DNA of 61,114 nucleotides, filler included, from a candidate division TA06 bacterium SM23_40 (GCA_001303705.1; 4 parts of 4 records of this genome joined end to end with filler, not necessarily neighbours in it); one strand, 5' to 3'; numbered from the whole stretch's first letter, positions 38,450-49,179 are shown. Notes: a model not told the origin generated them from the sequence alone. Numbers and translations are program-made.

Positions 38450-39663
38450 AGACGTCAGATGCGCGAAGGATGCCGGATTCGGTCCTATTCCTCATCACTA
38501 TTGTGCTCGTCGGTTTCGGGGCAGTGATGGTCTATAGTTCCAGCGCCTACCTGCATTCGTATAATGGGACGCTCAATCCGACTCCGCACGTCCTGCGTCA
38601 GCATCTCTTCCGCGTCTTCATAGGGCTTGTCGTACTCGGGGTGGGAATGAGGATCGACTATAGCGTGTGGCGCAGATTCGCGGCTCCCCTTCTCATCGTT
38701 GCCATGGTGTTATTGCTGATCACCGTTGGTTGGAACGATAACGCTGTCAGAGGTACCAGGCGGTGGCTGAGCTTTCGGTCAGTCAACTTCCAGCCTTCAG
38801 AACTGATGAAGTTGGCCCTCATATTCTACCTCGCGAGCTTCGCGGCGCGCCGCGAGCACGAGCTCTCCATCTTCAAGCGGGGAATGATGCCTCAACTCTT
38901 GGTCATCGTCTCGGCAGCGTTGTTGATCATCCTCCAGCCGAACTATGGAGTAGCCGCTACCATACTTGTCATCGGCATGGTGATGCTCTTCGTCGAGGGG
39001 ATACGGATCTGGTATCTCCTGCCGATCGCAGCGGTGTCTCTGGGTGGATTCATCGGACTTGCGACGCTCCTGCCGCACGCGCGAAATCGGCTGGAGGCTT
39101 TCATCGCGCTGTTTCAGGATCCCCTCGACCTCGGGTACCAGGTGCGGCAGTCACTGATTGCAATCGGATCGGGCGGGCTCTTTGGAGTCGGGCTCGGCGG
39201 CGGGAAACAGAAGCTGCTTTTTCTTCCGGAACCTCATACCGATTTCATCTTTTCGATCGTTGGCGAAGAACTCGGTTTTATCGGCGCGGTGGCTGTTCTT
39301 GTGCTCTTTCTTCTCCTCGCCCAGAGGGGATTGCGCATCGCGCTCGCCGCGCCCGATACTTTTGGCTCGCTGGCGGCGTTCGGCATCACGGTCTCGATCT
39401 TTCTTCACGGCCTGCTCCACGTGGGTGTGGCGCTCGGCATCTTGCCAGTGACGGGGCTGCCGCTTCCGTTCGTGAGCTATGGTGGGTCAGCACTGCTCGT
39501 CAATCTCCTGGGAATGGGCGTCCTCCTCAATGTCTCACGGAATGTGGGTGAGAGGGAGTGGCCGTCGAATGGACATATCGGCGCCAGAGGGAACATATAT
39601 GAAAGTCGTTCTCGCCGGCGGAGGAACCGGAGGACACATCTTCCCCGCTCTCGCCGTCGCTGA
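38446..39663 (+). CDS. ftsW: SEDS peptidoglycan glycosyltransferase FtsW
   Basis: MVYSSS; FQPSELMK; LPEPHTDFIF; LPFVSYGGS. Confidence 0.95.
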   Translation: MKTSDARRMPDSVLFLITIVLVGFGAVMVYSSSAYLHSYNGTLNPTPHVLRQHLFRVFIGLVVLGVGMRIDYSVWRRFAAPLLIVAMVLLLITVGWNDNAVRGTRRWLSFRSVNFQPSELMKLALIFYLASFAARREHELSIFKRGMMPQLLVIVSAALLIILQPNYGVAATILVIGMVMLFVEGIRIWYLLPIAAVSLGGFIGLATLLPHARNRLEAFIALFQDPLDLGYQVRQSLIAIGSGGLFGVGLGGGKQKLLFLPEPHTDFIFSIVGEELGFIGAVAVLVLFLLLAQRGLRIALAAPDTFGSLAAFGITVSIFLHGLLHVGVALGILPVTGLPLPFVSYGGSALLVNLLGMGVLLNVSRNVGEREWPSNGHIGARGNIYESRSRRRRNRRTHLPRSRRR

Positions 39664-40732
39664 CGAACTTGCTCGACTGGGGAGGGATGTCGAGACGGTG
39701 TTCGTCGGGCGGAGGCGAGGAATGGAACGGGCGATCTTCTCCCGATCAGGGAGCCAGTACTTCGGAATCCCTGCCCGAGGGTTCGTCGGGAAGGGCGCAT
39801 TCGAGAAGGGCGTGGTCTTCCCCCTGACGCTCTTCTGGGGTCTGGTCCAGTCGATATTGGTGCTGCGAGAGGTTCGGCCCCATTCCGTTGTTGGTACGGG
39901 CGGGTATGTCGCCCTTCCCGTCGTACTGGCTGCATTGCTGCTCGGTCTGCCGACTCTGATCCAGGAGCAGAATTCGATTCCCGGGATGACGACGCGATTG
40001 CTTGCCTACTTTGCCGATGAGGTGCACATCTCGTTCCCTCGGACATCGAGGCTGCTGAGGGCGAAGGGGAGGGTGGTCCTCAGCGGCAATCCGGTCAGGC
40101 GGTTCGATACAGTGAAGAGCCCAGCCGAGGCGCGGCGTTCGTTCGGGCTCGACGGCCAGAGGCGTACCGTGTTGCTCCTGGGAGGGAGCCAGGGCGCCCA
40201 CTCGCTGAACCGGGCGTTTGTCGACGCATTGCCCCACCTCGCCGCTCTGAGTGATGTGCAGTTCCTTGTCCAGACCGGGCCGCGAGATGTGGATCTTGTG
40301 CAAGGGGCCGTACGGGAGACTCGCCTGAGTGTAGTTGTGAGGGAATTCATCGAGGAGATGGCGGCAGCCTACCGCTCGGCCGATCTCGTCATCGCGCGTG
40401 CAGGGGCAACGACGATGGCGGAGTTGCTGGCGGTCGGCGCGCCGGCAGTGTTGGTGCCGTTTCCTCACTCAGCCGGTGGCCATCAGGAATACAATGCGAG
40501 AGAAGCGGAGCGTGTTGGGGCGGCGAAAGCGATACCGGATTCCGAGCTGAGCGGTGAACGCCTGGCACAGGTCGTGGCCGGACTACTCGAAGATGAGCAT
40601 GAGCGGGCGCTCATGGGCGACCGTGCCAGAAAGCTGGGCAGATCAGATGCGGCCAGGTCTGTCGCCATTGCACTGCTCCGCCTCGCGGATAGAGGCCTTC
40701 GTCAGGAAGCCGGGAGGTCGACCAGGACCTGA
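39599..40732 (+). CDS. murG: Lipid II GlcNAc transferase
   Basis: GGGTGGHIFP; GTGGYV; EQNSIPG; GNPVR; GGSQGA; HQEYNA. Confidence 0.96.
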   Translation: MKVVLAGGGTGGHIFPALAVADELARLGRDVETVFVGRRRGMERAIFSRSGSQYFGIPARGFVGKGAFEKGVVFPLTLFWGLVQSILVLREVRPHSVVGTGGYVALPVVLAALLLGLPTLIQEQNSIPGMTTRLLAYFADEVHISFPRTSRLLRAKGRVVLSGNPVRRFDTVKSPAEARRSFGLDGQRRTVLLLGGSQGAHSLNRAFVDALPHLAALSDVQFLVQTGPRDVDLVQGAVRETRLSVVVREFIEEMAAAYRSADLVIARAGATTMAELLAVGAPAVLVPFPHSAGGHQEYNAREAERVGAAKAIPDSELSGERLAQVVAGLLEDEHERALMGDRARKLGRSDAARSVAIALLRLADRGLRQEAGRSTRT

Positions 40733-40781
40733 ACGGGCCGCCCGATGGCAGCTCGATGACCACGGAGGAGTGCGTATCGTG

Positions 40782-42188
40782 ATGTTCGGCAGGATAAAAC
40801 ACATCCATTTCGTCGGGATCGGGGGCACGGGCATGAGCGGAATCGCTGAGATCCTGGTCAATCTCGATTTCGTCGTATCCGGTTCCGATCTCAAGGCGAG
40901 CCAGGCGACGCGTTACCTGTCCGACCTCGGTGCCGCGGTGAGCATCGGCCACCGCGCAGAGCTGGTTGAGGGTGTGGATGCAGTCGTCGTCTCCGCTGCC
41001 GTCCACGAGGGCAATCCTGAGGTGAAGAGGGCGAGAGAACTGAAGATACCGGTCATCTCCCGTGCCGAGATGCTGGCCGAGTTGATGCGTCTCCGGCATG
41101 GGATCGCTGTCGCCGGCACGCACGGGAAGACGACGACGACGTCCATGGTGGCCAGTGTGCTCGAGGTGGGTGGCGTCGATCCCACCGTCGTCGTGGGGGG
41201 CAGAGTGAAGGGCTTCGGTTCCGGAGTGAGGATGGGCAATGGCACGTACCTCGTCGTGGAGGCTGACGAATTCGACCGCTCGTTCCTCAGGCTCTCGCCG
41301 ACGATCGCAGTTGTGACCACGATCGAAGCCGAGCATCTGGACTGCTATCGCGATCTCGATGAGATCAAGGCTGCATTCGTGGAGTTCGTCAACAGAGTTC
41401 CCTTCTACGGGGCGGTCATCGTCTGCCTCGACGAGGAGAGTGTGCAATCGATCATCCCGCGCATCGAGAAGCGACTCATTACATATGGCGTGAGTTCCCA
41501 GGCAGATCTGTGCGCCCTTGACGTGAGACATCAGGGGCGGGAGGGACGGTACGTACTCAACGTGCGCGGGGAAGAGATCGGCGAGATATCGCTTGCAGTT
41601 CCCGGACTTCATAATATCAGGAACTCGCTCGCCGCCGCGGCGGTCGGCCTCGAGCTCGGCATCGATTATGAGACTATAGCAAAGGGGTTGGCTCAATTCA
41701 CCGGCGTTCACCGACGGTTCGAGATCAAGGGTGAGGTTGGAGGGATCATGGTCGTCGACGACTATGCACACCATCCCACCGAGATCGAAGTCACACTTCG
41801 AGCGGCAAAGGACGGATGGGGGAGACGTGTCGTCGCCGTCTTCCAGCCCCACCTCTATACGAGGACCCGCGACTTCCACGTCGAGTTCGGGAAGTCGTTC
41901 TTCCAGGCGGACGTTCTCATCGTCACCGATATCTTCCCGGCGCGCGAAGATCCCATCGAGGGTGTGACCGGTGAGCTCGTGGCGAGGGCCGCGAGGGAGT
42001 ACGGGCACCGAGACACCACCTATGTACCGGATGCATCGAAGATTCCGCGGCATCTCGTGGAGATAACGGAGCCAGGCGATCTCGTCATTACGCTGGGCGC
42101 GGGCGACATCTGGGAACAGGGCGAGACGTTCTATTCGCTCCTGTCGCGGGCAGCCGAGAAAGAGAAGAAGCGCCGGAGGAAGTCATAG
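40782..42188 (+). CDS. murC: UDP-MurNAc--L-Ala ligase
   Basis: HFVGIGGTGMS; GTHGKTTT; EADE; DDYAHHPTE; FQPH. Confidence 0.97.
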   Translation: MFGRIKHIHFVGIGGTGMSGIAEILVNLDFVVSGSDLKASQATRYLSDLGAAVSIGHRAELVEGVDAVVVSAAVHEGNPEVKRARELKIPVISRAEMLAELMRLRHGIAVAGTHGKTTTTSMVASVLEVGGVDPTVVVGGRVKGFGSGVRMGNGTYLVVEADEFDRSFLRLSPTIAVVTTIEAEHLDCYRDLDEIKAAFVEFVNRVPFYGAVIVCLDEESVQSIIPRIEKRLITYGVSSQADLCALDVRHQGREGRYVLNVRGEEIGEISLAVPGLHNIRNSLAAAAVGLELGIDYETIAKGLAQFTGVHRRFEIKGEVGGIMVVDDYAHHPTEIEVTLRAAKDGWGRRVVAVFQPHLYTRTRDFHVEFGKSFFQADVLIVTDIFPAREDPIEGVTGELVARAAREYGHRDTTYVPDASKIPRHLVEITEPGDLVITLGAGDIWEQGETFYSLLSRAAEKEKKRRRKS

Positions 42189-42213
42189 AGCGGCGGGGGC
42201 GGTCGCAGCGCCA

Positions 42214-43131
42214 GTGGAAACCGCACCACCAGCGATGGATATCTATCGACGGCTGATGAAGGAGATGGAGGGGGAGATCCGACGAGATGAGCCGATGTCA
42301 GCACATACCTGGCTCGGCGTCGGAGGACCTGCGGATCTGTTCGTCTCTCCCCGTGACAGGGACGAACTGGCGCGTGGAGTGGCGATTCTCGCGGAGGAAG
42401 GAATACCATTCCTCGTCATAGGGAACGGTTCGAACGTTGTTGTCCGGGACAAGGGTATTCGCGGCGCTGTGCTGACGCTCACGCGCGCGCTCAACACGTT
42501 CGCCATCGACGGGAGAATCATCAGAGCGGGGGCAGGTATGGGGCTTTCGCGCCTCATCGACTCATCGCTTGACCACTCGCTGAGGGGGCTCGAATTCGCC
42601 GCGGGGATTCCGGGCACGGTCGGCGGGGCCGTCAAGGTGAATGCGGGGAGTCACGGAGGAGAGATCGGCGGGTCGATACGATCGGTCGACCTCATGGACG
42701 CCTCCGGTGAGACCTTCGCCCGACGCGCCGAGGACCTCGGCTTCTCCTACCGCACCAGCCTGATATCGAGGGACTGGATTATCCTCGAGGCCGAAATCGA
42801 GCTGGAGGAAGGAGATGGGGAGGAGGGCCGGAGGAGGATCGCGGAACTCCTCGGCGAGAGACGTCGCACGCAGCCCACAGGCAGGAGTGCCGGGTGCATT
42901 TTCCGCAATCCGAAGGGTGCTGCGGCCGGCATGCTCATCGATAGGGCAGGGCTGAAAGGTCTGCGTGTCGGCGGGGCGCGGGTGTCGGAGCGGCACGCCA
43001 ATTTCATACTGACAGAGCCCGGCGCTTCGGCGGACGACGTTATCGATCTCATTACTCAAGTGCGTGAGCAGGTGGAGAGGAGGAGCGGCGTTGAGCTCGA
43101 GCTCGAGGTCGAGATCGTGGGCCAGGACTAG
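42214..43131 (+). CDS. murB: UDP-N-acetylenolpyruvoylglucosamine reductase
   Basis: GGPAD; GNGSN; GIPGTVGG; SAGCIFRNP; HANFI. Start 42214 or 42235. Confidence 0.96.
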   Translation: METAPPAMDIYRRLMKEMEGEIRRDEPMSAHTWLGVGGPADLFVSPRDRDELARGVAILAEEGIPFLVIGNGSNVVVRDKGIRGAVLTLTRALNTFAIDGRIIRAGAGMGLSRLIDSSLDHSLRGLEFAAGIPGTVGGAVKVNAGSHGGEIGGSIRSVDLMDASGETFARRAEDLGFSYRTSLISRDWIILEAEIELEEGDGEEGRRRIAELLGERRRTQPTGRSAGCIFRNPKGAAAGMLIDRAGLKGLRVGGARVSERHANFILTEPGASADDVIDLITQVREQVERRSGVELELEVEIVGQD

Positions 43132-43144
43132 GCGCACACGGAAG

Positions 43145-43912
43145 ATGAGCGCACAGCAGAGCCGGAGGGGTGCGCGCTCCCGGGATATCTTGCCCCTCGC
43201 CGTCGGGGTGGTACTCATATTCATAGTGGGGATGGTGCTCGCCTCCGGCCTGCACAGGTGGACGAGCAGCGCAGCACTCTTCACGGTGGAGGATGTTCGA
43301 GTCACCGGATTGATCGTCGGAGGATACGACGAGATCGTGCCGAACCGCGATGAGCTGGTGGGCAGGAACATCTTTGCCGTCGATCTCGATTCCTTGTCAG
43401 CCAATCTGAGTACCAATCCGCGGGTTCGCAATGTCCAGGCCGTGAGGAGGCTGCCCGGCACCATCGAAATCAGAATTGCGGAGCGGTCGCCGGTCGCGCT
43501 GGTCAACTGGGGTGCGCTCGTCGAGATAGACGGGGAAGGGACTGTGCTTCCCCCTCAGGCGACGCGGCTCCCGCCCGATCTGCCGATCGTGAGCGGGATA
43601 CAGCCTCCGCCGGGAGATATCTACGGTCGAAGGCTCGAGTCGAATGAGGCAGAGATGGTGCTCGATCTTCTCCATGCGATAGCAACTGTCGAGCCCCTGC
43701 TCATCGAGCGGGTGTCGGAGATCGTGGTGGACGGGGAGAGAGGCATCGTTCTCACGATGGCCGACGCTGATCAGCATATATATCTGGGCATGGGGAACTT
43801 CAGGCAGAAGCTCCTCCACCTGACAAGGGTGGTTCGGGAGATCTCTGAGCGGAGGCGGAGGCCGCGAGTGTTCGATCTGAGGTTTAGAGACCAGGTCGTG
43901 GTGAGGTTCTAG
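43145..43912 (+). CDS. ftsQ: Cell division protein FtsQ/DivIB
   Basis: Single TM, POTRA-like V.RRLPGTIEIRIAERSP, C-terminal DLRFRDQVVV; located before ftsA. Confidence 0.88.
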   Translation: MSAQQSRRGARSRDILPLAVGVVLIFIVGMVLASGLHRWTSSAALFTVEDVRVTGLIVGGYDEIVPNRDELVGRNIFAVDLDSLSANLSTNPRVRNVQAVRRLPGTIEIRIAERSPVALVNWGALVEIDGEGTVLPPQATRLPPDLPIVSGIQPPPGDIYGRRLESNEAEMVLDLLHAIATVEPLLIERVSEIVVDGERGIVLTMADADQHIYLGMGNFRQKLLHLTRVVREISERRRRPRVFDLRFRDQVVVRF

Positions 43913-44013
43913 TCGTGTTGTGGTGTGCCGCATGATCGGATAGGCGTTGAGTGTCTGGACTGTAACCGTGGGCGTCTCTGCACGCGGAGGGGCATGGACG
44001 TGCCACACTGAGG

Positions 44014-45264
44014 ATGGTGATGACCCGTATGGCTAAAGCGAACGAAATCGTAGGGCTCGATCTGGGCACGACGAAGATCGCCGCCATCATCGCCGAGGCC
44101 GGAGACGATGGGGAGATCAAAATCATCGGGGTAGGGACGAGCCCCTCCGAGGGATTGCGCAGGGGAGTAGTCGTCAATCTCGATAAGACCGTCAACTCAA
44201 TCGTCAAGGCGGTGCAGGAGGCGGAGTTGATGGCGGGGATCGAAGTCGAGTCTGTCTTCGCAGGGATCGCCGGGGATCATATCAGGTCGATCAATTCGAG
44301 AGGTGTAATAGCGGTAACACGAAAAGGGAACGAGATCACCGAGGCTGATATCGCGCGTGTCGTCGATCAGGCTCAGGCGGTCTCCATTCCCATGGACCGG
44401 GAGATCATCCACGTCATTCCACAGGAGTTCATCGTTGACGAGCAGACGGGAATCAAAGATCCGGTCGGCATGGCCGGGGTGCGGCTCGAGGCGGAGGTCC
44501 ACATTGTGACCGGAGCAGTCACCTCCGCTCAGAACATCTACAAGTCGATCGAGCGCGCGGGATTGAGGGTCCGTGATCTCGTGCTCCAGCCGCTTGCCGC
44601 CAGCTATGCCGTGCTCGATCCCGAGGAGAAGGAATTGGGGGTGGCGTTGCTCGATGTAGGCGGCGGCACGACTGATATTGCACTCTTCTTCGAGGGAAGC
44701 ATTCAGCACACAGCGGTGATCGCCCTGGGCGGGAACAACGCGACGAACGATATCGCGATAGGACTCCGCACGCCGACGACGCAGGCCGAGATGCTGAAGA
44801 AACGCTATGGTTGTGCTCTCTCGTCTCTGGTTGACGGCCGCGAAACGATCCGCGTTCCGGGAGTCGGGGGACGGGAGGAGCGAGAGGTGTCACGCCAGGT
44901 GCTCAGCGCGATCATCGAGCCGCGGATGGAGGAGATATTCAGCCTTGCCCAACGGGAGCTGAAGAAGACCGAATATGCGGATCTGCTCGCTGCCGGAATC
45001 GTTCTGACGGGCGGCTCAGCCCGGATGGACGGGATGGCCCAGCTTGCCGAGCAGGTGTTCGATCTTCCCGTGAAGATCGGGGTGCCGCAGGGAGTAGGCG
45101 GATTGACCGACTCGATCCGTGATCCCATCCATGCAACCGGGGTCGGGCTCGTTCTCTTTGGCCACGAGAACCGACATGGTGACGGGTTCTCGGGAGTGAG
45201 CGAGGCCAACCTGTTCGACAATATCGTGCAGGGGATGAGGCGCTGGTGGGGGGATTTCTTCTGA
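44014..45264 (+). CDS. ftsA: Cell division protein FtsA
   Basis: GLDLGTTKI; DVGGGTTD; GIVLTGG. Start 44014-44029. Confidence 0.96.
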   Translation: MVMTRMAKANEIVGLDLGTTKIAAIIAEAGDDGEIKIIGVGTSPSEGLRRGVVVNLDKTVNSIVKAVQEAELMAGIEVESVFAGIAGDHIRSINSRGVIAVTRKGNEITEADIARVVDQAQAVSIPMDREIIHVIPQEFIVDEQTGIKDPVGMAGVRLEAEVHIVTGAVTSAQNIYKSIERAGLRVRDLVLQPLAASYAVLDPEEKELGVALLDVGGGTTDIALFFEGSIQHTAVIALGGNNATNDIAIGLRTPTTQAEMLKKRYGCALSSLVDGRETIRVPGVGGREEREVSRQVLSAIIEPRMEEIFSLAQRELKKTEYADLLAAGIVLTGGSARMDGMAQLAEQVFDLPVKIGVPQGVGGLTDSIRDPIHATGVGLVLFGHENRHGDGFSGVSEANLFDNIVQGMRRWWGDFF

Positions 45265-45348
45265 TCTCAGGGAGAAGAGAAATGGTACGGAAAAGGCGGA
45301 TGATGATCAATGGGGAGCTGTTCACTACAGGGGGAGGTGACAGTATCG

Positions 45349-46503
45349 ATGTTTGAGTTTGAGGAAGAACCGGCAGTGCACGTTGCACGCATCAAGGTGG
45401 TCGGAGTCGGTGGCGCAGGGGGGAGCGCTATCAATCGCATGATCGATGCGGGTCTCACCGGGGTCGATTTCATAGCTGTCAATACCGATGCCCAGGTACT
45501 GGGATACTCGAAATCACCGGTGAAGGTCCAGATCGGGGCGAAGCTCACACGTGGGCTCGGGTCCGGCGGTGATCCCGAGATCGGCCGGAAAGCGATCGAG
45601 GAGGACCGGGAGAAGGTGCTGGCTGAACTCGAGGAATCGGACATGGTCTTCATCACGTGTGGGGAAGGTGGGGGTACGGGGACGGGCGCAGCTCCCATCG
45701 TTGCGGACGTCGCGAAGGAGGTTGGTGCGCTCACGGTGGGCGTGGTGACGAAGCCATTCGATTTCGAGGGGCGACGGCGGATGCACCAGGCTGAAATCGG
45801 GATCTCGGAGCTGAAGAACCGGGCTGATACGCTCATCGTCATCCCCAATCAGCGTCTGCTCTCCGTCGTCGGGAAACAGACACCGATATGCGAGGCATTT
45901 CGTGTGGCCGACGATGTGTTGCTGCAGGCGACCCGCGGGGTCTCCGATCTCGTGACGACTCCCGGACTGATCAATCTCGATTTCGCAGATGTCCGGACGA
46001 TCATGTCTGAGAGGGGAGATGCCCTGCTCGGCACGGGTGTGGGGACCGGAGAGAACCGGGCCGTCGAGGCAGCCCAGGAGGCGATCTCCTGTCCGCTGCT
46101 CGACGAGATCACAATAAGCGGCGCCAGAGGCGTTCTCGTCAACATCACCGGCGGGGACGACCTCACACTCTTCGAAGCCAACGAGGCCGCATCAGTGATC
46201 GCCGAAGCTTCAGGCGGTGAGGCCCATATCATCTTCGGCGCGGTCATCAGCCCTGATGCGAACGGAACCGTCAGGGTTACCGTCATCGCCACCGGGCTCA
46301 ATAGCGAGGAAGAGAGCCAGGCCGGGGAGGCCCGCGGTCCGATCGACATCCATGCCCGCCGCCGAGAAGACCTGGAGCGCCCGGCATTCAAGCGGCGCGA
46401 ACGGTCCCGGGAACAGCAAGTCATCGTCCAGAGGGGCAAAGTCGACTCGTTCGACCAGGACGACCTCGAAGTACCGACATTCCTCCGCCGCCAAGTCGAC
46501 TGA
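45349..46503 (+). CDS. ftsZ: Cell division protein FtsZ
   Basis: IKVVGVGGAG; NTDAQ; GGGTGTG; INLDFAD; C-terminal LEVPTFLRRQ. Confidence 0.98.
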   Translation: MFEFEEEPAVHVARIKVVGVGGAGGSAINRMIDAGLTGVDFIAVNTDAQVLGYSKSPVKVQIGAKLTRGLGSGGDPEIGRKAIEEDREKVLAELEESDMVFITCGEGGGTGTGAAPIVADVAKEVGALTVGVVTKPFDFEGRRRMHQAEIGISELKNRADTLIVIPNQRLLSVVGKQTPICEAFRVADDVLLQATRGVSDLVTTPGLINLDFADVRTIMSERGDALLGTGVGTGENRAVEAAQEAISCPLLDEITISGARGVLVNITGGDDLTLFEANEAASVIAEASGGEAHIIFGAVISPDANGTVRVTVIATGLNSEEESQAGEARGPIDIHARRREDLERPAFKRRERSREQQVIVQRGKVDSFDQDDLEVPTFLRRQVD

Positions 46504-46513
46504 CCCGCGAACC

Positions 46514-46665
46514 TCACCCGGGGACGTTGGTAGGTTCAGAAGGTTACAGCGACGTACTGACTCGGGGACGTTGGTAGGTTCAGAAGGTTACGGGGGAGTA
46601 CCCAAGGTTTCATAGGTTTTCGGCACCTACCGTTGTCGGAGACGTTGGTGGGTTTGGAAGGGTTT
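46514..46665. repeat. Second cluster of the same ~28-34-bp repeat, downstream of ftsZ
   Basis: 46514-46547 is the exact reverse complement of 30667-30700. Second good copy at 46563-46591, with degenerate copies after it. Confidence 0.9.
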
Positions 46666-46917
46666 GGTTGGTAGCAGGGATGGTCGCACGTATTGAAGGC
46701 TGTGGCACGTTCGCCTGCCCAGGTCGTGCCGGTCGAGGCATGGTTCGTTGGGTACCGGTTCTGTCGAATGGGAACCGGTTCGTTTTGTAGAAGGATTTTG
46801 GGAGTTGGGTGTGTCGAGGGTTGCGGCTGCGGTGGCGTCATCGTTCGAGTGAACAGCTGGCGGAGGGTCGCAGGTAGAGTCCGCCCGCGAGATCGAAGAG
46901 AGGCCTGTCGTGCCAAG

Positions 46918-47017
46918 NNNNNNNNNNNNNNNNNNNNNNNNNNNNNNNNNNNNNNNNNNNNTTAATTAATTAANNNNNNNNNNNNNNNNNNNNNNNNNNN
47001 NNNNNNNNNNNNNNNNN
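46918..47017. other. Artificial contig spacer
   Basis: N44-TTAATTAATTAA-N44. Confidence 0.97.
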
Positions 47018-47199
47018 GGACGGTAGGAGTCCTCGGGCCTGACCAGTATACACTTCCGGCCAATACCACCGTTCAGCAACTGTTCATTCATGACGTGCCG
47101 CTGGCAGCGCCGTCCGGCTACTACGAGTACCGCACTAGAATCGGAGTGCCGCCCTCAACACTCTACGACGGGGATCAATTCACCTTCAGGGTGTTGTGA
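47018..47199 (+). CDS. 3' end of another beta-helix-family paralog, cut by the contig start
   Basis: Hand translation TVGVLGPDQYTLPANTTVQQLFIHDVP..YRTRIGVPPSTLYDGDQFTFRVL* matches the final domain of 55781..57310. Confidence 0.85.
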
Positions 47200-47313
47200 G
47201 GTGCCGTAGTGACTGCGTGATCGTCGTTTGGGAGCTGAACTGCCGGCCCTTCCAATTCGAGGGGCGGGCGTTCGCATTCGCTGAGAACAGGCACCGCGAT
47301 CGGAGTGTCGTTT

Positions 47314-47784
47314 TCACGGGAGATCTCTACGGAGGTACTCCTCATAGTCTTTGAGAATCGGGGTATATTCTTCGTCCATCAACGGGGAACTGATCATGAA
47401 ATCCGCCGTGGATCGATTGCAGGCGATTGGTATGTTGTACAGGACTGCGATTCGCAACAGTGCCTTCACATCGACATCGTGGGGATGCGGTTGCATCGGA
47501 TCCCAGAAGAAGATCACGAAGTCTATCTTTCCTTCGGTGATCAGGGAGCCCAGTTGCTGGTCGCCGCCCAGGGGCCCGGAGCGCAATTTCCGGATCGAGA
47601 TATCGTGAGAGATATTCATCTTTGCGAGCTTGTCCCGGATGGCCTTTTCGACCAAGTTCCCCGTAGTTCCCGTGCAGGTCAATCGGTGTTTGAGCAAGAC
47701 AGTCACATTCCATTCGATCCACTCGATCAGATCCCTCTTTCTGTTGTCATGTGCGACAAGCGCAATGTTCTTTCTGACTTTCAT
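47314..47784 (-). CDS. mgsA: Methylglyoxal synthase
   Basis: IALVAHD; TGTTG; SGPLGGDQQ; FFWDP..PHDVDVKALLR; ACNRSTADF. Confidence 0.96.
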   Translation of the reverse strand: MKVRKNIALVAHDNRKRDLIEWIEWNVTVLLKHRLTCTGTTGNLVEKAIRDKLAKMNISHDISIRKLRSGPLGGDQQLGSLITEGKIDFVIFFWDPMQPHPHDVDVKALLRIAVLYNIPIACNRSTADFMISSPLMDEEYTPILKDYEEYLRRDLP

Positions 47785-48056
47785 ATGCTCTTTTCTCCTC
47801 GTTGGGATTGACTCTTCTCCCTTAGCATAATCCAGAAAGGGTTTCCTCCGCTACGGTGCTCTGTCATGGTGCCTGCTGATCCCTATCGGGCTCAGGCCTC
47901 TCCCGCCCCGGGCACGACCCCGGTGAGATGCCCACGTGAAGAGCCTCCGTCAGTCCCGCCGCGAGGCATGAGAAACACCGCCATGGGGTCCCGTGGTGAA
48001 CGGGATCGGCAACGACGGTCATGGCGGCCTGTGCGATCGAGGGGGATATCCTTCGG

Positions 48057-48290
48057 CTAGTCGCCGTCCTTGAGGCCAATGATCTCGAAACCGCCTCGGG
48101 CACCTGGTTGTCCTGTCATCTCTCTGAATCTGTGCAGAGCTCCGCAGTGGCGACACTGGATGAGTTCTTCCTCGTCCACGTTCACGAATTCGGCGGTGGG
48201 TTTCGTGGGATCCTGCGCAAGAGGAGCCCCCGTCTCAATCGGCCAGGACTCAAACATGATCTCATTGCATCTACGACACCTCTCCTCCAT
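48057..48290 (-). CDS. Small Zn-ribbon protein
   Basis: CRRC and CRHC pairs; GGAGG RBS upstream of the ATG. Confidence 0.6.
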   Translation of the reverse strand: MEERCRRCNEIMFESWPIETGAPLAQDPTKPTAEFVNVDEEELIQCRHCGALHRFREMTGQPGARGGFEIIGLKDGD

Positions 48291-49179
48291 GGACTATTCC
48301 TCCCACGGTCAGTTCCATCTCCGAATGGCGAGTTCCCCGGCTTGACCATCTTTCCGAGCTCTACCGGAGGATCTCAGTCCGAAAGCTCCTTGATCTCACT
48401 CTCCTTCTAGGCTGTCTTCTCATTCTGCAAGCAATGGCCCGGGGCCACCCCTTGACGGGTGCCGAGAGCAGCCAACGGCGAGGCATCAGTGTAGGCCGAG
48501 CTTTTGCCGGCGTCAACAGGAAACGCCCGTCGGCTCGAAGGCGCTCCGCCTTGGTCGCTTGGCCCTTGGCAATCCTGATGTCGTGAGCTATGGTGCACGC
48601 TAATGCTAGGACTTATGGGGCCGGCGGTCTCGTTTGATCAAGACCTCACTGCCTGACTTGGTTTCGCCAATCTCTCGTGTGGGCTTCGGCACCAACAAGA
48701 CCTGACAACCTGTGCTCCGAGGGCTTCCCTACACCTACCGTCACCCTTCGGGGTGAATGAGAGAAATTGCTATCCCGGCAGTCTCTTCGGGGCTTTCTGT
48801 CTCCGCTCGGCGGGCCTTATGGCATCTCTGTCCGGTCTGGTGAACACCCAGTCGTGTGGGCCGAAGATTGTTTCGAGTTCGCGATCGTGCCGCCGCCGGT
48901 AGAGTAGGTGCATCGTCAATTCAAGATCGCCGGATGAGCAGCTCCCTGTGGTGCGCTCACGTATCGGTGGATTGGCGTATGTCATCGCGCGACGAGGGGG
49001 GGCCGACCCTGGACGCGGCTCGGGCCAACACGAACTCGAAATCATTCGCGTTATGGTGTGAGGCGTTCCGGATGCTCACATACGCTACGCAGAAGGTGGA
49101 GAAAGCGTAGTGCGTTCAGATTCTATGTGCAAGGGTACGAGCCGGAGTGCGACGCGAAGGGAATGGCGCGCGACGACGG

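Noticed and set aside
39599..39663. 65-bp ftsW/murG overlap
   Set aside because: Both genes are intact; consistent with simple stop-codon drift in a dcw operon.
18274..47017. Three TTAATTAATTAA palindromes flanked by Ns
   Set aside because: Identical 100-nt assembly spacers, not biology. Links across them (for example cassette array to dcw) were not interpreted.
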